A stretch of 64,000 nt of DNA, taken from the NCBI GenBank assembly GCA_963762565.1, contig CAVXLD010000009.1:32001-96000 (forward strand). Reading direction: 5' to 3'. The translations under genes were made by a program, and so were the position numbers. The notes below the pieces were generated by a model. The model saw nothing but the letters and a program-made list of their open reading frames with translations. It was not told the origin of the DNA and made no database searches. This document shows, in pieces, positions 45,907-56,457 of this stretch; the first letter of the stretch is position 1; every line of letters begins with the position of its first letter. This stretch comes from an uncultured Verrucomicrobiae bacterium (GTDB taxonomy: Bacteria > Verrucomicrobiota > Verrucomicrobiia > Chthoniobacterales > JAFAMB01).

Positions 45907-47676
45907 TTACACCATTGGGCGGAATCGCCCGACGACCTCGGCCAGCCGAGTGGTTATCTGGCCGAGAGAACAATGTTCAACGCAGCTAATCAGTTCGGAG
46001 AAGGTATTGCCTCCATCCTCCACAACTGCAGCTAGCCGGTCCAGGGCGCGTTCGGATTCGCCAGCGTGTCGCCGGTGAAAATCTTCGACTAGCCCCTGGT
46101 GTATCTTCTTTTTCTTTGCCGGGGTACGGATCGTCTCCAGTTTCGGCCAAGCCAGATCCTCGAGCGTATAACGGTTAAGACCAATAATCGGCCGGCTGCC
46201 ATTGGATATTTGGCTTTCGAGAACGTGGGCAGCCGTCTGGATCTGACTACGTTGGTAACGACGTTCGACGGCCCCTAGAACACCTCCTTGCGCCTCAATG
46301 GAATCAAACTCTCCCAGGATCGCGCTCTGGACGGCTTCTCCCACCACTTGCATCCCGGGTGAACCAGGAAGCGTGTTCATCATGTGTTTAAAGACACCGC
46401 TTTCTTCCAACAGGATGCCTTGAGCGTGAGCTGCATACCGGGCGTACTCTTCGCTCGGGGTGGTAAACGGTTCATCGGCAGCATTGCTGTGACAGGAATT
46501 AGTGGCGTTCATACAGGCCAAGACCAACTCAATCGCCGTACGGGTCAGATTATTTTTCCAATCGGCTGCTACCAACGATCTTCCACTGGTCTGAGTGTGC
46601 AGTTTGAATCGCTGGGTGCGCTCATCGCCGTGGAACACGTCGCGCATGCCAATTGCCCAAATCTTTCGGCAGACCCTGGACAAGGCCACATACTCGACAT
46701 CGAGCCCGCAATCGAGAAAGAACGATAGCCTGGGGCCGAATACATTGACGTCCATTCCCTTGTTCTTGAAATAATCGACGTAAGCAAAGCCGTTCGACAG
46801 AGTATAGGCGGCTTGCTGGACCGGGGTCGCTCCGGCCTCGGCAATATGATACCCGCTGATCGAGATCGGATACCAGCGACGCATGTTCACCGAGCAGAAC
46901 TCAACCATATCCGCCAGGAACCGAAGCGACGGACCAATCGGGAAAATCAACTCATTCTGAGCCTGAATTTCTTTGAGCACATCGGCTTGAATAGTGCCTC
47001 GAAGCTTAGGAACCACATCCGGCCCAAATCGATGTTTAGCGGCCGCTATATACATCGCCAGCAGAATAGGCGCCGGCCCGGAGATGGTCATTGAAACCGA
47101 CACATTCGGCTGGTCGAGATCGAACCCGGCATAAAGCGTTTCCACATCCTCGATGGTATCAATCGCTACCCCGCCCTCCCCAATCTTGCCAAAAACCCCG
47201 GGAGCGAGTGCTCCAACGCCGTAAAGAGTCGGACCATCAAAGGCGGTACTGAGCCGCTTATTGCGTTGATTGCGAGACAGGTAATGAAAACGTTGATTGG
47301 TGTCTTCGGCCAAGCCAAGCCCAGCGAACAGCCGGGTCGGTTCTTCCCCTTTCTTTTCGCCGTCGGCGCCATTCTCTTGATCCCGAGATAGGTACTGCTC
47401 GCTGTAAGCCGCGGAAACGTAAGGAAATTCTCCGGGTAATCCGCCTTCCAACAAAAAGCGGCAGATCTCTCCGGGATCGTCGTACCGCGGCAATGCTAAG
47501 GTCGGCAATTCCAAGCCGGTTGGGGTTCGGGTCTTTCCTACCTTGGCGGCAATATCCCGCCACCTTCCCATGACTTCGTTCGCTTTCGCTGAATCTTTAC
47601 GCACCCGGGCTACCTCCGCTTCAACGAAGCGGTCGTAGCCGCGCACTGACTCAATAATCTGACCGAGATAACTCAT
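45907..47676 (-). CDS. Acyl-CoA mutase substrate-binding subunit (IcmF C-terminal-like; isobutyryl-CoA mutase type)
   Basis: PGEFPY, PTRLFAG, RLSTAFD, SVSMTISGPAP, RGTIQAD.LKE, SISGYHIAEAG, H.QTSGRSL. Confidence 0.9.
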   Translation of the reverse strand: MSYLGQIIESVRGYDRFVEAEVARVRKDSAKANEVMGRWRDIAAKVGKTRTPTGLELPTLALPRYDDPGEICRFLLEGGLPGEFPYVSAAYSEQYLSRDQENGADGEKKGEEPTRLFAGLGLAEDTNQRFHYLSRNQRNKRLSTAFDGPTLYGVGALAPGVFGKIGEGGVAIDTIEDVETLYAGFDLDQPNVSVSMTISGPAPILLAMYIAAAKHRFGPDVVPKLRGTIQADVLKEIQAQNELIFPIGPSLRFLADMVEFCSVNMRRWYPISISGYHIAEAGATPVQQAAYTLSNGFAYVDYFKNKGMDVNVFGPRLSFFLDCGLDVEYVALSRVCRKIWAIGMRDVFHGDERTQRFKLHTQTSGRSLVAADWKNNLTRTAIELVLACMNATNSCHSNAADEPFTTPSEEYARYAAHAQGILLEESGVFKHMMNTLPGSPGMQVVGEAVQSAILGEFDSIEAQGGVLGAVERRYQRSQIQTAAHVLESQISNGSRPIIGLNRYTLEDLAWPKLETIRTPAKKKKIHQGLVEDFHRRHAGESERALDRLAAVVEDGGNTFSELISCVEHCSLGQITTRLAEVVGRFRPMV

Positions 47677-47681
47677 ACATT

Positions 47682-48806
47682 TTAGGGGAAAAGACTACGG
47701 AAAATCTGGTCAACCCCTGTATCCCGGTGACGATTTGCCTGCGTTTGTAACAAGGTTTGGTTTCGGGGACTACTCCGGAGACGGCTTTCAATTTCAGAAA
47801 CAGCGGTACGAGCGCCCCGGAGATCCGCCTTATTTAATACCACCATATCAGCCGCTTCCAGCATTGCGATCTTCAGCAGTTGCAGCCGGGCGCCGTAATC
47901 AGGTGGCATAACCAAAACGGCGAGGTCCGTGAATGAATGATCAAATCCGAATGGCAAGGCTTCTTGTCCGGTGCCCACGGTTTCGATAATCACGGCATCG
48001 AAGATCCCTAAGCCTCTGAGGTATTTGACGGCTCGTTCGGAAGCAGCCGCTAAACCACCCGCTATGCCGCGGGTTGCCATGCTTCGCATAAACACCCGGT
48101 TGTCCTGGGAGTAAACCATGGTGGCGCGATCTCCTAAGAGCGCACCCGACCCCACCATACTGGGGTCATGCGATAAAATCGCCAGGCGGTGATCGGCTGG
48201 AGAGGTGTGAAGAAATCTGAGGACCAACTCGTCGATCAACGTCGTTTTCCCGGCGCCGCCAGGACCGCTGAAGCCAAACACCTTAGTCTCCCGCTTGGGA
48301 ACGATCCGGTTAGCCGCTTGTGAATCCACGCCATTACCAGCTTCGATCTCGCTAAGCTTGGCCGCGATGATGCGGTCCTCGAATGAAGTGTTAACCACAG
48401 CCGGGACCGGGATAGAAAACCGTGACTGAACATACCGGACCATTTCCTCGAGCGGAGTGCCCGCAAAAAAAATCTGATCAACTCCGTGCTGATACATCAC
48501 CTCGGCATCGTCTTTGGTTATGGTGGCGCCACCGCCGCCGAACACCCGGATATGCCCGCAATCGCGCCCCTGCAGCAGGGATATCACCTCGGAGAAAAAT
48601 TCGACATGCCCACCGTTGTAACTCGAGATACCGATCGCTCGCACATCTTCCTGGATCGCAGCCCGCACAATATCGTGGGCCGATCGATGAAACCCCAGAT
48701 AGATGACCTCAATCCCGTAACGGATCAGATCGAGGTTGATCGTATTGATCGCGCTATCGTGTCCGTCGCAGATGGGGACAGCGGTGAGGATCCGAATGGG
48801 GGCCAT
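47682..48806 (-). CDS. Cobalamin-binding domain fused to a MeaB-like GTPase (IcmF N-terminal-like)
   Basis: DGHD..IN, AIQED, SSYNGGH, FGGGG, then GPGGAGKT, GALLGDR, RSMATR, ETVG.GQ and NKAD. Confidence 0.9.
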   Translation of the reverse strand: MAPIRILTAVPICDGHDSAINTINLDLIRYGIEVIYLGFHRSAHDIVRAAIQEDVRAIGISSYNGGHVEFFSEVISLLQGRDCGHIRVFGGGGATITKDDAEVMYQHGVDQIFFAGTPLEEMVRYVQSRFSIPVPAVVNTSFEDRIIAAKLSEIEAGNGVDSQAANRIVPKRETKVFGFSGPGGAGKTTLIDELVLRFLHTSPADHRLAILSHDPSMVGSGALLGDRATMVYSQDNRVFMRSMATRGIAGGLAAASERAVKYLRGLGIFDAVIIETVGTGQEALPFGFDHSFTDLAVLVMPPDYGARLQLLKIAMLEAADMVVLNKADLRGARTAVSEIESRLRSSPRNQTLLQTQANRHRDTGVDQIFRSLFP

Positions 48807-48935
48807 GGGGGGAAACTCGCCTTAGGCTCGTTTCATGACAAATGACAAATGGCAGATGACAGATTGCCCGCGGTCCCAACCCAGCGGCTGCAACGACAAT
48901 CGTCCTCATTCTCGTCGCCGTCCTCGATCCGATGC

Positions 48936-49500
48936 GCGCGTTCGAGGATCGGCTTTCGCCCAGGATCGGTAGGCTAATTTGGTGGGGCGAGGCTCCGGAA
49001 TAGCCGATCGTTCTCGCAGGGCAAATCGATGTTTCGTAGTTATATGGCTCGCAATACCTGAAAGCTGCCGAGCCGCGGGTCGCGCAACCCTCGGCTCGGC
49101 ACCGATCAGACGTCGCAGCCGATAGACCGACGAAATGATATTTGACGCTGCGAATCCTTTTCAGCTATTCCGCAGCCTCGCCCCACCAGCGCTGGGCGAA
49201 TGCGTCTCGTGGAATGTTCGCGCCCAATTCGAGGACAGCCTGTCCGACGAAGCCGAGGCTCTATGTTGCCAACCCGCTCAAGGTCGGCCTCGCAAGCGAG
49301 GCGCGCTCCAGAACCAGCAGTCGGCGAAGTCGGAATGACGACGAGGACGAGAACGATTATCAGGGGTGTTGGACCCAGCACAGGGAGGGATCGCGTCCTC
49401 GCGATCAGTGGTTTCGGGAACTGCTATAGACCCGATGAAGCGTTTTCGCTATTTCGACGCTGCAGACCTGTTCACGGCGCGCGAGGACGCGCGCCCTCCC
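48936..49500. repeat. Composite dispersed repeat (MITE-like core 48980-49188, GAGGAC tract with nested inserts, REP doublet 49383-49500)
   Basis: Core and flanks recur at 60787-61052. Confidence 0.88.
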
Positions 49501-50464
49501 TCGTCGTGGAGGCCAATTCGTTTTGTCGACACGCATGGGCGCTGCCGGATACTCTGACAAACCTAAGGCGAGTTTCGCAAACCCATTAGTTAGTGATAAC
49601 GCACTCCGCTTCAAACAAAGTCGGCTGATCAGTTTTAGAACGACCTGTCAACCCCAAAAACCAGCGGCTCCCCGATATACGCCAAATTACGTGGGAAACT
49701 TGAGCACAGATTAGCACTTCCTCTAGGTAAGAGTTAAATCCGATCACCACTGTCAAACCCGCACAAGTTTCTCTAACAAGCTGATCGATAGGTGTTAACA
49801 CAACACAGCCACCTCGAACCTAAATTTGGTTCTCGTGCATTCTACAATCGCTAGTCCATTCGTCTTTGCGCGAAGCCCAATAATTTTTGCAAGTCAATCT
49901 TAGCCCTACCGTCATATCGACACTGATTACCGATATGAATGATCAGTTAATTCCTAACAAAACTATTGTCTAAATGACATAACCAGCTCAACAAGAACGT
50001 CATGCTAAGAACAACAGAAAAAAGGCAAACTCGAGTCACCAAAATAGCAATTCCGACAGGCCGTCAAGCTTTCTCTTTACGTAGTTGTGAGAGTTGCCGG
50101 CCGTGAAAATTTAGTTCACTGAAAACGTATTGACAGACTCGATCACACTTCGATACGGTCCGCGAGAAATTGAAATGGCCAGTCTTTTGGAAGAATTGGA
50201 CAGTTTCGCGAGGCGGCAAATTAACTAACTATCTCGCGGTCAGGCAGTACTGACTTGAGTGTTGCCAATTTAGCTTTGCCAGGGTCGGATCGATAAAGGA
50301 TCCGAGTCTTCGCACTCGAGCATGGCGGCTCTTCTGCGACCCACCGCATTTTAACTCTAATGGAGTTTTTGTCCCGGACTTGGGTCTGTGACGGGTTATG
50401 CCCCTAAAAGGTTGTCTTAGAGGGGTGGTCGAATCTCAGTTTATTTAATTCAGCTTTTTCAAAA

Positions 50465-52975
50465 ATGAAATTTTTCGATCTCTTCCGACGATTCAGTCGG
50501 AGAACAATTACGGGGGCTTCTTTACCGCTGGCCGCCGGTTTTCTATTGTGGGCGGCGCCGTTGCGAGCAGAATTCGTCTACCTGTTAAATCAGACGGGCG
50601 AAGCCATCACGACCTACACCATCGGTTCAAACGGAGCACTGTCCCAGGTGGGTTCGCCCCTCAAGCCAACGTCCCCGTATTACCCCCTTTCTGAAACGAT
50701 GGATCCCAAAGGCCGGTTCGTGTTCTTCACAGACCTGTCAACGAACGGGACCAGCAACTACATCCAGGTCTACAGCATCGGTTCAAACGGAGCCCTTACC
50801 CAGGTGCCGGGGTCACCCGTCTCTCTACCAGTTGTCGGCAATTCGTTAACCGTGGATCCCACCGGCAAGTTCCTCTACGCAATATCCCCCGCGACTACCA
50901 CAGACCAAGGCACCATTGTGGCCTACAAGATCGGTGTTGACGGAACCCTAACAGCAGTCCCAGGGTCACCCTTCACGATAACACCGCTTCTTTATACCCG
51001 GTTCTGTACCATCGACCCGACCGGTAAATTCCTCTACACATCCGGTGGCGGGGGAAGCTCAGGTGGTGGCATCGCAGCCTACAGCATCGATTCAAACGGA
51101 GCCCTAACCCCGGTACCGGGATCGCCCTTCCCAGCCAGCACCGGCGTACTAGGTGCGACTTATGTGACGATAGATCCCACGGGGCGAGATCTCTTCACAT
51201 TGGATGTCTCGAATAGTAGGATCTTGGCCTACACCATTGGTTCAAACGGAGCCCTGACGCCGGTCTCGGGGTCGCCCTTTGCAACGCAGCCCCAGCCCGC
51301 GTCACTGACTCTGGATCCCACGGGCCAGTTTTTGTATGTAGGAAACCTTAGCGGCAACAACAACACCGTCTCGGTCTACAGTAACTCTGCCGGAACCCTG
51401 ACACCGATCTCCGGGTCACCTTTCCCTTTGCCCGTGCCGAGTGACCAGATTTGGTCTGTAACCCTGGACCCCACGGGTAGGTTCGCCTATGTCCAAGATT
51501 ATTATGACAGCACCCTCTTTACCTACAGCATCGGTTCGGGCGGAGGGCTAACGCTGGTCACCAGCAGCGCAATCCAAGCGAGTTCGTTTATTTCCATGCC
51601 ACTGCTTCCGCCGTTCATCTACGTACAAAACGAAAACGAATACACCAACATCACCACCTCCGCCTTTACTACCGATGCAAACGGGGCGCTCCTACCAGTC
51701 CCCGGGTCGCCGTTCCTAACCGGTCTTGACAACTTTGGTATTCCGGCGGTGGATCCGACCGCTAAGTTCGTCTACATAGTAAATTATGCCGACAACAACG
51801 CGTCGGTCTACAGCATCGGATCAACTGGATCATTGACCGCGCTATCGACCGTCGCAACCGGAAATGGACCCACGTCAGTGGGTGTAGACCCAACGGGTAG
51901 GTACCTTTACGTAGTCAACAGCCTTGACAACACCGTCTCTGCTTACACTGTCGGGTTAACCGGAACTCTGACACCGGTTACGGGCTCGCCCTTCGCTACC
52001 GGAGTCAGTCCGGAAACAGTCACCGTTGATCGCTCAGGTCAGTTTGTCTACGTGGTAAACTTGTACGACAACACAGTGTCGGCCTACAAAATCGGTTCAA
52101 CCGGAGCCCTGACCCCGGTCAAGGGGTCGCCCTTCGCAACTGGGAATTCCCCCTTTTCACTGACCGTCGATCCTGTGGGTAACTTCGCCTATGTAACTAA
52201 CGATAACGACAACACCGTCTCAGCCTACAGCATCGGGTCAAACGGAGCGCTGACCCAGGTTTCAGGATCGCCCTTCGCAACTGGGCAATCTCCGACTTCA
52301 GTGACGGTAGATCCCACGGGTCTATTCGTGTACGTAGTAAACGATGGCGACAACACCGTCTCGGCTTACAGCATTCTGGCGAACGGAGCACTGACACCGG
52401 TCACGGGAGCGCCCTTCGCAGCGGGGGAAGAACCCTATTGGTTGGCCATAGACCCAACCGCTAGCTACGCCTATGTCACCAACTTCGGAAATGACAACAT
52501 GTCCGCCTACGCCATCGGGTCAAATGGAGCCCTAAGTCCCATCTCTGGGTCGCCATTTGGGGGGTTAAGCTTGCCTGTTATAGTAAATGTTTCACCTATC
52601 CCGTTCGCGGCATCGACGACGTCCTTAGAAACCGTGACCGGGACGCCGCCGACCTTCACTCTGGATGACACTTTCACCCTGGGTAGGAACAGCACCGGGA
52701 TTGATCCTGTCACCCAACAGGTGACACTGCGGATTGACACCTTCGCCGTCACGATTCCGGCTAACAAGTTCAATCTGCTGACCGACGGCACCTTTAGGTT
52801 CGCTGGGACCATCAACAAGGTAAAATATCTGGTGACGATCAAGCCGCTGGGAAGCAATTCGTTTAAATTGTCTGCCAAAGGTACCGGTCAGGACTTGAGT
52901 ACTCTCGGGAAACAGGTCCCAATCGCGTTGACGGTTGGAGGGAACACCGGCGCCAGCACGGCGATTCACAAATAG
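50465..52975 (+). CDS. Secreted lactonase-family double beta-propeller protein
   Basis: Signal peptide ending LRA, about 14 blades of VDPTG.F.YV.N..DNTVSAY.IGSNGALT.V.GSPF, and a distinct beta-rich C-terminal domain. Confidence 0.9.
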   Translation: MKFFDLFRRFSRRTITGASLPLAAGFLLWAAPLRAEFVYLLNQTGEAITTYTIGSNGALSQVGSPLKPTSPYYPLSETMDPKGRFVFFTDLSTNGTSNYIQVYSIGSNGALTQVPGSPVSLPVVGNSLTVDPTGKFLYAISPATTTDQGTIVAYKIGVDGTLTAVPGSPFTITPLLYTRFCTIDPTGKFLYTSGGGGSSGGGIAAYSIDSNGALTPVPGSPFPASTGVLGATYVTIDPTGRDLFTLDVSNSRILAYTIGSNGALTPVSGSPFATQPQPASLTLDPTGQFLYVGNLSGNNNTVSVYSNSAGTLTPISGSPFPLPVPSDQIWSVTLDPTGRFAYVQDYYDSTLFTYSIGSGGGLTLVTSSAIQASSFISMPLLPPFIYVQNENEYTNITTSAFTTDANGALLPVPGSPFLTGLDNFGIPAVDPTAKFVYIVNYADNNASVYSIGSTGSLTALSTVATGNGPTSVGVDPTGRYLYVVNSLDNTVSAYTVGLTGTLTPVTGSPFATGVSPETVTVDRSGQFVYVVNLYDNTVSAYKIGSTGALTPVKGSPFATGNSPFSLTVDPVGNFAYVTNDNDNTVSAYSIGSNGALTQVSGSPFATGQSPTSVTVDPTGLFVYVVNDGDNTVSAYSILANGALTPVTGAPFAAGEEPYWLAIDPTASYAYVTNFGNDNMSAYAIGSNGALSPISGSPFGGLSLPVIVNVSPIPFAASTTSLETVTGTPPTFTLDDTFTLGRNSTGIDPVTQQVTLRIDTFAVTIPANKFNLLTDGTFRFAGTINKVKYLVTIKPLGSNSFKLSAKGTGQDLSTLGKQVPIALTVGGNTGASTAIHK

Positions 52976-53363
52976 TAACCAAATTCGTGGGTCAGGGACG
53001 GGCCGGAAATCGGCCTGTCCCTGGCGTCGCGGGCGTCGCCTTCAGCTCCTTAAATGACGGATAACAGATGACAAATGACAGATTGACCAGGTCGGAGCGT
53101 TATGTCGTAGCGCGAGCGTCCCATCCTGAATTTGTCATTTGTAATCTGTCATCTGTCATCCGAACGAGCCTAAGGCGCCGCGCCCGCATCGCTACGCGAA
53201 GCGTTGCGGGCGGGAGTTCGGTAAGTGCCATCTTGACGGATAGGCCCCGGAAGGTGTTCTATTTCAAAGGGTTAGTTAACCATTCGGAGCGAGGGTTAGA
53301 TCGAACGGATTCACCGTTTAGAAGAACGATATTTTTGTAGCGGTTAGCTGGAGCACGACCAAT

Positions 53364-54146
53364 ATGCCAGACCCAGAAGAGGTGATCAGTCATTTCAAGA
53401 TTTGGGACGTCACGCCGGAACAGATGGACGTATCAATAAAGGTCTTCCTTACCGATCAGTCCCAAGACCATAAGCGAGAAGCAAACGCCAAAAAGCTAGT
53501 GTGGCTGGCAAACCCGGTCGAAAAGAATAACAAAAAGGAACCCAAAAAGAGTGAGAGACCCGGGAAAAAGAACAAGAAGTATGTGCATCTCACCGGATGG
53601 GAAATGAACTTCGACCCGGGCGATGACAACCCGCCAGCAGATACTTGACAGATCAGTAATCAGTTGAACGATTACAAGTTTGAGACCTGGACAATCGGCA
53701 AGCCGAAAATTCTGTTGCTTCCTGCTGCTAAAGCCGAACCGGACGAGAAGCTACCCGGCGCGTATCCGAAAGAGAAGGATCATTACTTGTGTTACGCCGT
53801 CGAGAAAGGAACGACCATTGACGTCGACATTGGGCTGACCGATCAGATCGATGACAAATTTAAGAAAGAAACAGGAGGGAAAGCGACAGAGGATATTACT
53901 AAGCTTACGCCGAAATACTTAGGCGTCCCCGTAAAAAAGGAGGGTGTCGGTGAGCCTAAAGATCGGATCAACCTAGACGCGCATCTCGCGATCTACGAGC
54001 TGAACAAGAAAAAGCGGCGCAAGTTTTCGGTCCAGTATCAGGTGCTTGATCAGTTCGTGCCCGGAAAGGGTGCAACGGTGACGGTAAACGAGAGCCACTA
54101 TCTGGCGGTACCGTCCAAGAAGAAACCCATAAAACCTAATAGATAA
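53364..54146 (+). pseudogene. Lys-rich repeat protein split into two ORFs (53364-53648, 53664-54146)
   Basis: The unit H-x-x-x-[YW]...DQ...L..P..K repeats four times and runs across the break; GATCAG-TAATCAG-TTG looks like a 7-bp duplication. Confidence 0.55.
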
Positions 54147-54154
54147 GCTAGATA

Positions 54155-54226
54155 AGCCGGTGGTCGGGATTGAACCGACGACCCGCGCATTACGAATGCG
54201 CTGCTCTACCACTGAGCTACACCGGC
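54155..54226 (-). tRNA. tRNA-Thr (CGT), no encoded CCA
   Basis: GCCGGTGTAGCTCAGTGGTAGAGCAGCGCATT-CGT-AATGCGCGGGTCGTCGGTTCAATCCCGACCACCGGCT folds as a cloverleaf. Confidence 0.96.
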
Positions 54227-54305
54227 GGATTGGAGAGCCCAATTTATCGCCCGGTGAGGCGGCTCCGTCAAGCAGAGGCGGTAGGGCGTGCCTAGCTTGC
54301 GACCT

Positions 54306-54508
54306 GGGAGGGATCGCGTCCCCGCGACCAGTGGTTCGCGGAGGGCGGTACAGAGCAGATCGAGCGTTTTCCTAACTCCACGACGCAGACCTGTCGCGGC
54401 GCGCGAGGACGCGCGCCCTCCCACGTCAGGGGCACAGGTCAGCCTCCGGTAGGCAGCGCTCCACGGGTGGCGACCCCTTTCGGCCTCGCAAGCGAGGCAG
54501 CGCTCCAC
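54306..54508. repeat. GGAG REP doublet (54306-54422) plus GCAGCGCTCCAC units
   Basis: GGGAGGGATCGCGTCC...GGACGCGCGCCCTCCC, similar to 49383-49500. Confidence 0.85.
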
Positions 54509-54639
54509 GATGTCGCTCCTGAATTGTCACTCGCGCGCTCGCCCGGCCTGTAATATTAGTAACAAACATCCCCGGCGTTTGACGGTTTCACGTACTGAGT
54601 CGGGGAAATCGAAAACACCAATTAGGAACTCTAGATTTT

Positions 54640-56439
54640 ATGCCAGAGGCCGATCCGCACCCAGCGAGCCCTTCGGAACAGGAAAATTTACCCCCAGCAA
54701 ATGTAACCGGCGAACTCCAGCTTGGCCCTTCGACAAGCTCAGGGCAGGCCCATCCGACAAGCTCAGGGCAACCCCTTTCGACGAGCTCAGCGGAGCCAAT
54801 TTCGACCAGCTTAATTGGGTCACCGAAACAGCCTGAAGAAGCCGTTTCTCGGAGAGATATTCCCTGGTTTCATGCGGAGCCCGATATCACCAGAGCGGTG
54901 ATCTCGAAGACGGAAGAGGAACTGTTGAGCAGCCTTTCGGCTTTGATGCGTAACCGGGTCGAGAACGAAAAATTGAAACGCCAAATGACGGCGAGCATGC
55001 AGGCGATCGAGGACGCCCACAAAGAGCATGCTGCGATCAAGAACCAGATTCGGAGCGCTGGGGATGAATTAGCCGCCCGGACTAAGGAACACGAGTCCAT
55101 CCGGGATGAGATCGCGCAGACCCAACAAAAACTGCAAGAGGAACGCAGCAAACATATTGAGCATCAGGAAGCCTGGTTCAAAACGCGTCACGAATTAGAA
55201 GAATCCCGGCGAAATGTGCAATCGGCTGCGTCCGAGCTAGGCGATACGCAGGAGACGAGTCGCTTGATGAAGTCCCAAGTGGCTGAGCTAAAGAAGGAGA
55301 TTAGCCGGTTACTTGGACAACGCGAATCGATGCTGGCTCAGCTACAACCGATCCGCGATGAACTGGATCAGCGTCTATCCGCTCGAGAAGCAATCATCGA
55401 GCAAGTCTCCGTCCTTGAACGACACGTTGAGTCTTTAACCGCAGAAAAGACCACCCTTTCAAAGGCGACGCCCGAGCAAGTCGGCGAACGGGTTCAGATA
55501 CAAAAAGAGCTGGACCAAGCTCGCGAAGAAATTGCTCAGCTTCGGCAAGAGGGCGAACGCTTGCGTTCCGATCATCAGCGTTTGACCACCGCAAAACAGG
55601 ATGCAGGAGCGGAGCTTTCGGATGTACAGGGACGGTTAACCAGTCTTCGGTTCGGACACGCCGAGCTTCTGGAGCAGATAAATCAAGCTCACCAAAATCA
55701 CACGGTGCTGCAAGAGAACATCAAGCAGGCCGGGGAAACCCATAGCGATCTGTTGCAGAAGATCGCGGAGGCCAAAGAAGCCCTGGCTCTTACACAGCGG
55801 CAGCACGAAGAAGCTAGCAAGCAGCGGCCGGTTGAAGCGCCACAAGCTCCGGCTGTTCTTAAAGAGCCGGAAGCCCCGGCACTCGAACCGGTTGCCAAAG
55901 AAGCGCCTAAGGTAGAGGTAAAGGCGGAACCCCCGCCCAAGGTCGAGCCTCCGGAGCCGGAACTCCCGCTGGTTGCATCGCATCCTATCCCGCCAGTGGC
56001 TTCTTCCTGGGATTCTTACGTATTGGAGAGTGAATTTTTCACTGAGGAAACGCTGGACGCGTCGCGCATCGCCGAGCTAGTGACCAACCTACCGGGAATT
56101 GAGCACTCGCTAATCGTCCAACAATTTGGCTTCGTTTTAGCGAATCGGTTGCCTCAACGTCTGCATTCCTTGTTCCAAGTCCCGCGTCGCGACTACTCGC
56201 TTCTGTACGACCGGCTACCGAATAAGGTCCGAGATTATCCGAATCTCGCTACTCGCGTGAGTACGTTCCAGACCGGAGACGAGTTTCTCACTTTATCGGG
56301 TAGCAAGGACGTTTTCTTAGCCCTTACCCACGAGGCGCCGACGCTTCGCCCTGGCTTGCCTGAAAAAATCGCTATCGTAGCGGAGGAACTGGGCAAGATG
56401 TATCCCCAGGTAACGCCGGCAACGCCGGCAGCGCCGTGA
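54640..56439 (+). CDS. Long coiled-coil protein with Pro-rich linker and roadblock-like C-terminal domain
   Basis: About 300 aa heptad-rich region, a PEAP linker, then LPGIEHSLIV...G.VLA...FLALTH. Confidence 0.8.
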   Translation: MPEADPHPASPSEQENLPPANVTGELQLGPSTSSGQAHPTSSGQPLSTSSAEPISTSLIGSPKQPEEAVSRRDIPWFHAEPDITRAVISKTEEELLSSLSALMRNRVENEKLKRQMTASMQAIEDAHKEHAAIKNQIRSAGDELAARTKEHESIRDEIAQTQQKLQEERSKHIEHQEAWFKTRHELEESRRNVQSAASELGDTQETSRLMKSQVAELKKEISRLLGQRESMLAQLQPIRDELDQRLSAREAIIEQVSVLERHVESLTAEKTTLSKATPEQVGERVQIQKELDQAREEIAQLRQEGERLRSDHQRLTTAKQDAGAELSDVQGRLTSLRFGHAELLEQINQAHQNHTVLQENIKQAGETHSDLLQKIAEAKEALALTQRQHEEASKQRPVEAPQAPAVLKEPEAPALEPVAKEAPKVEVKAEPPPKVEPPEPELPLVASHPIPPVASSWDSYVLESEFFTEETLDASRIAELVTNLPGIEHSLIVQQFGFVLANRLPQRLHSLFQVPRRDYSLLYDRLPNKVRDYPNLATRVSTFQTGDEFLTLSGSKDVFLALTHEAPTLRPGLPEKIAIVAEELGKMYPQVTPATPAAP

Positions 56440-56457
56440 ACGGCGAGAACGCCGCAA

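Noticed and set aside
50020..50075. c-di-GMP-I riboswitch suggested by GGCAAAC
   Set aside because: No GAAA-capped P2 stem or downstream GCAAA/receptor hairpin visible.
52993..53023. Intrinsic terminator after the propeller gene
   Set aside because: Strong hairpin but no U tract; left uncalled.
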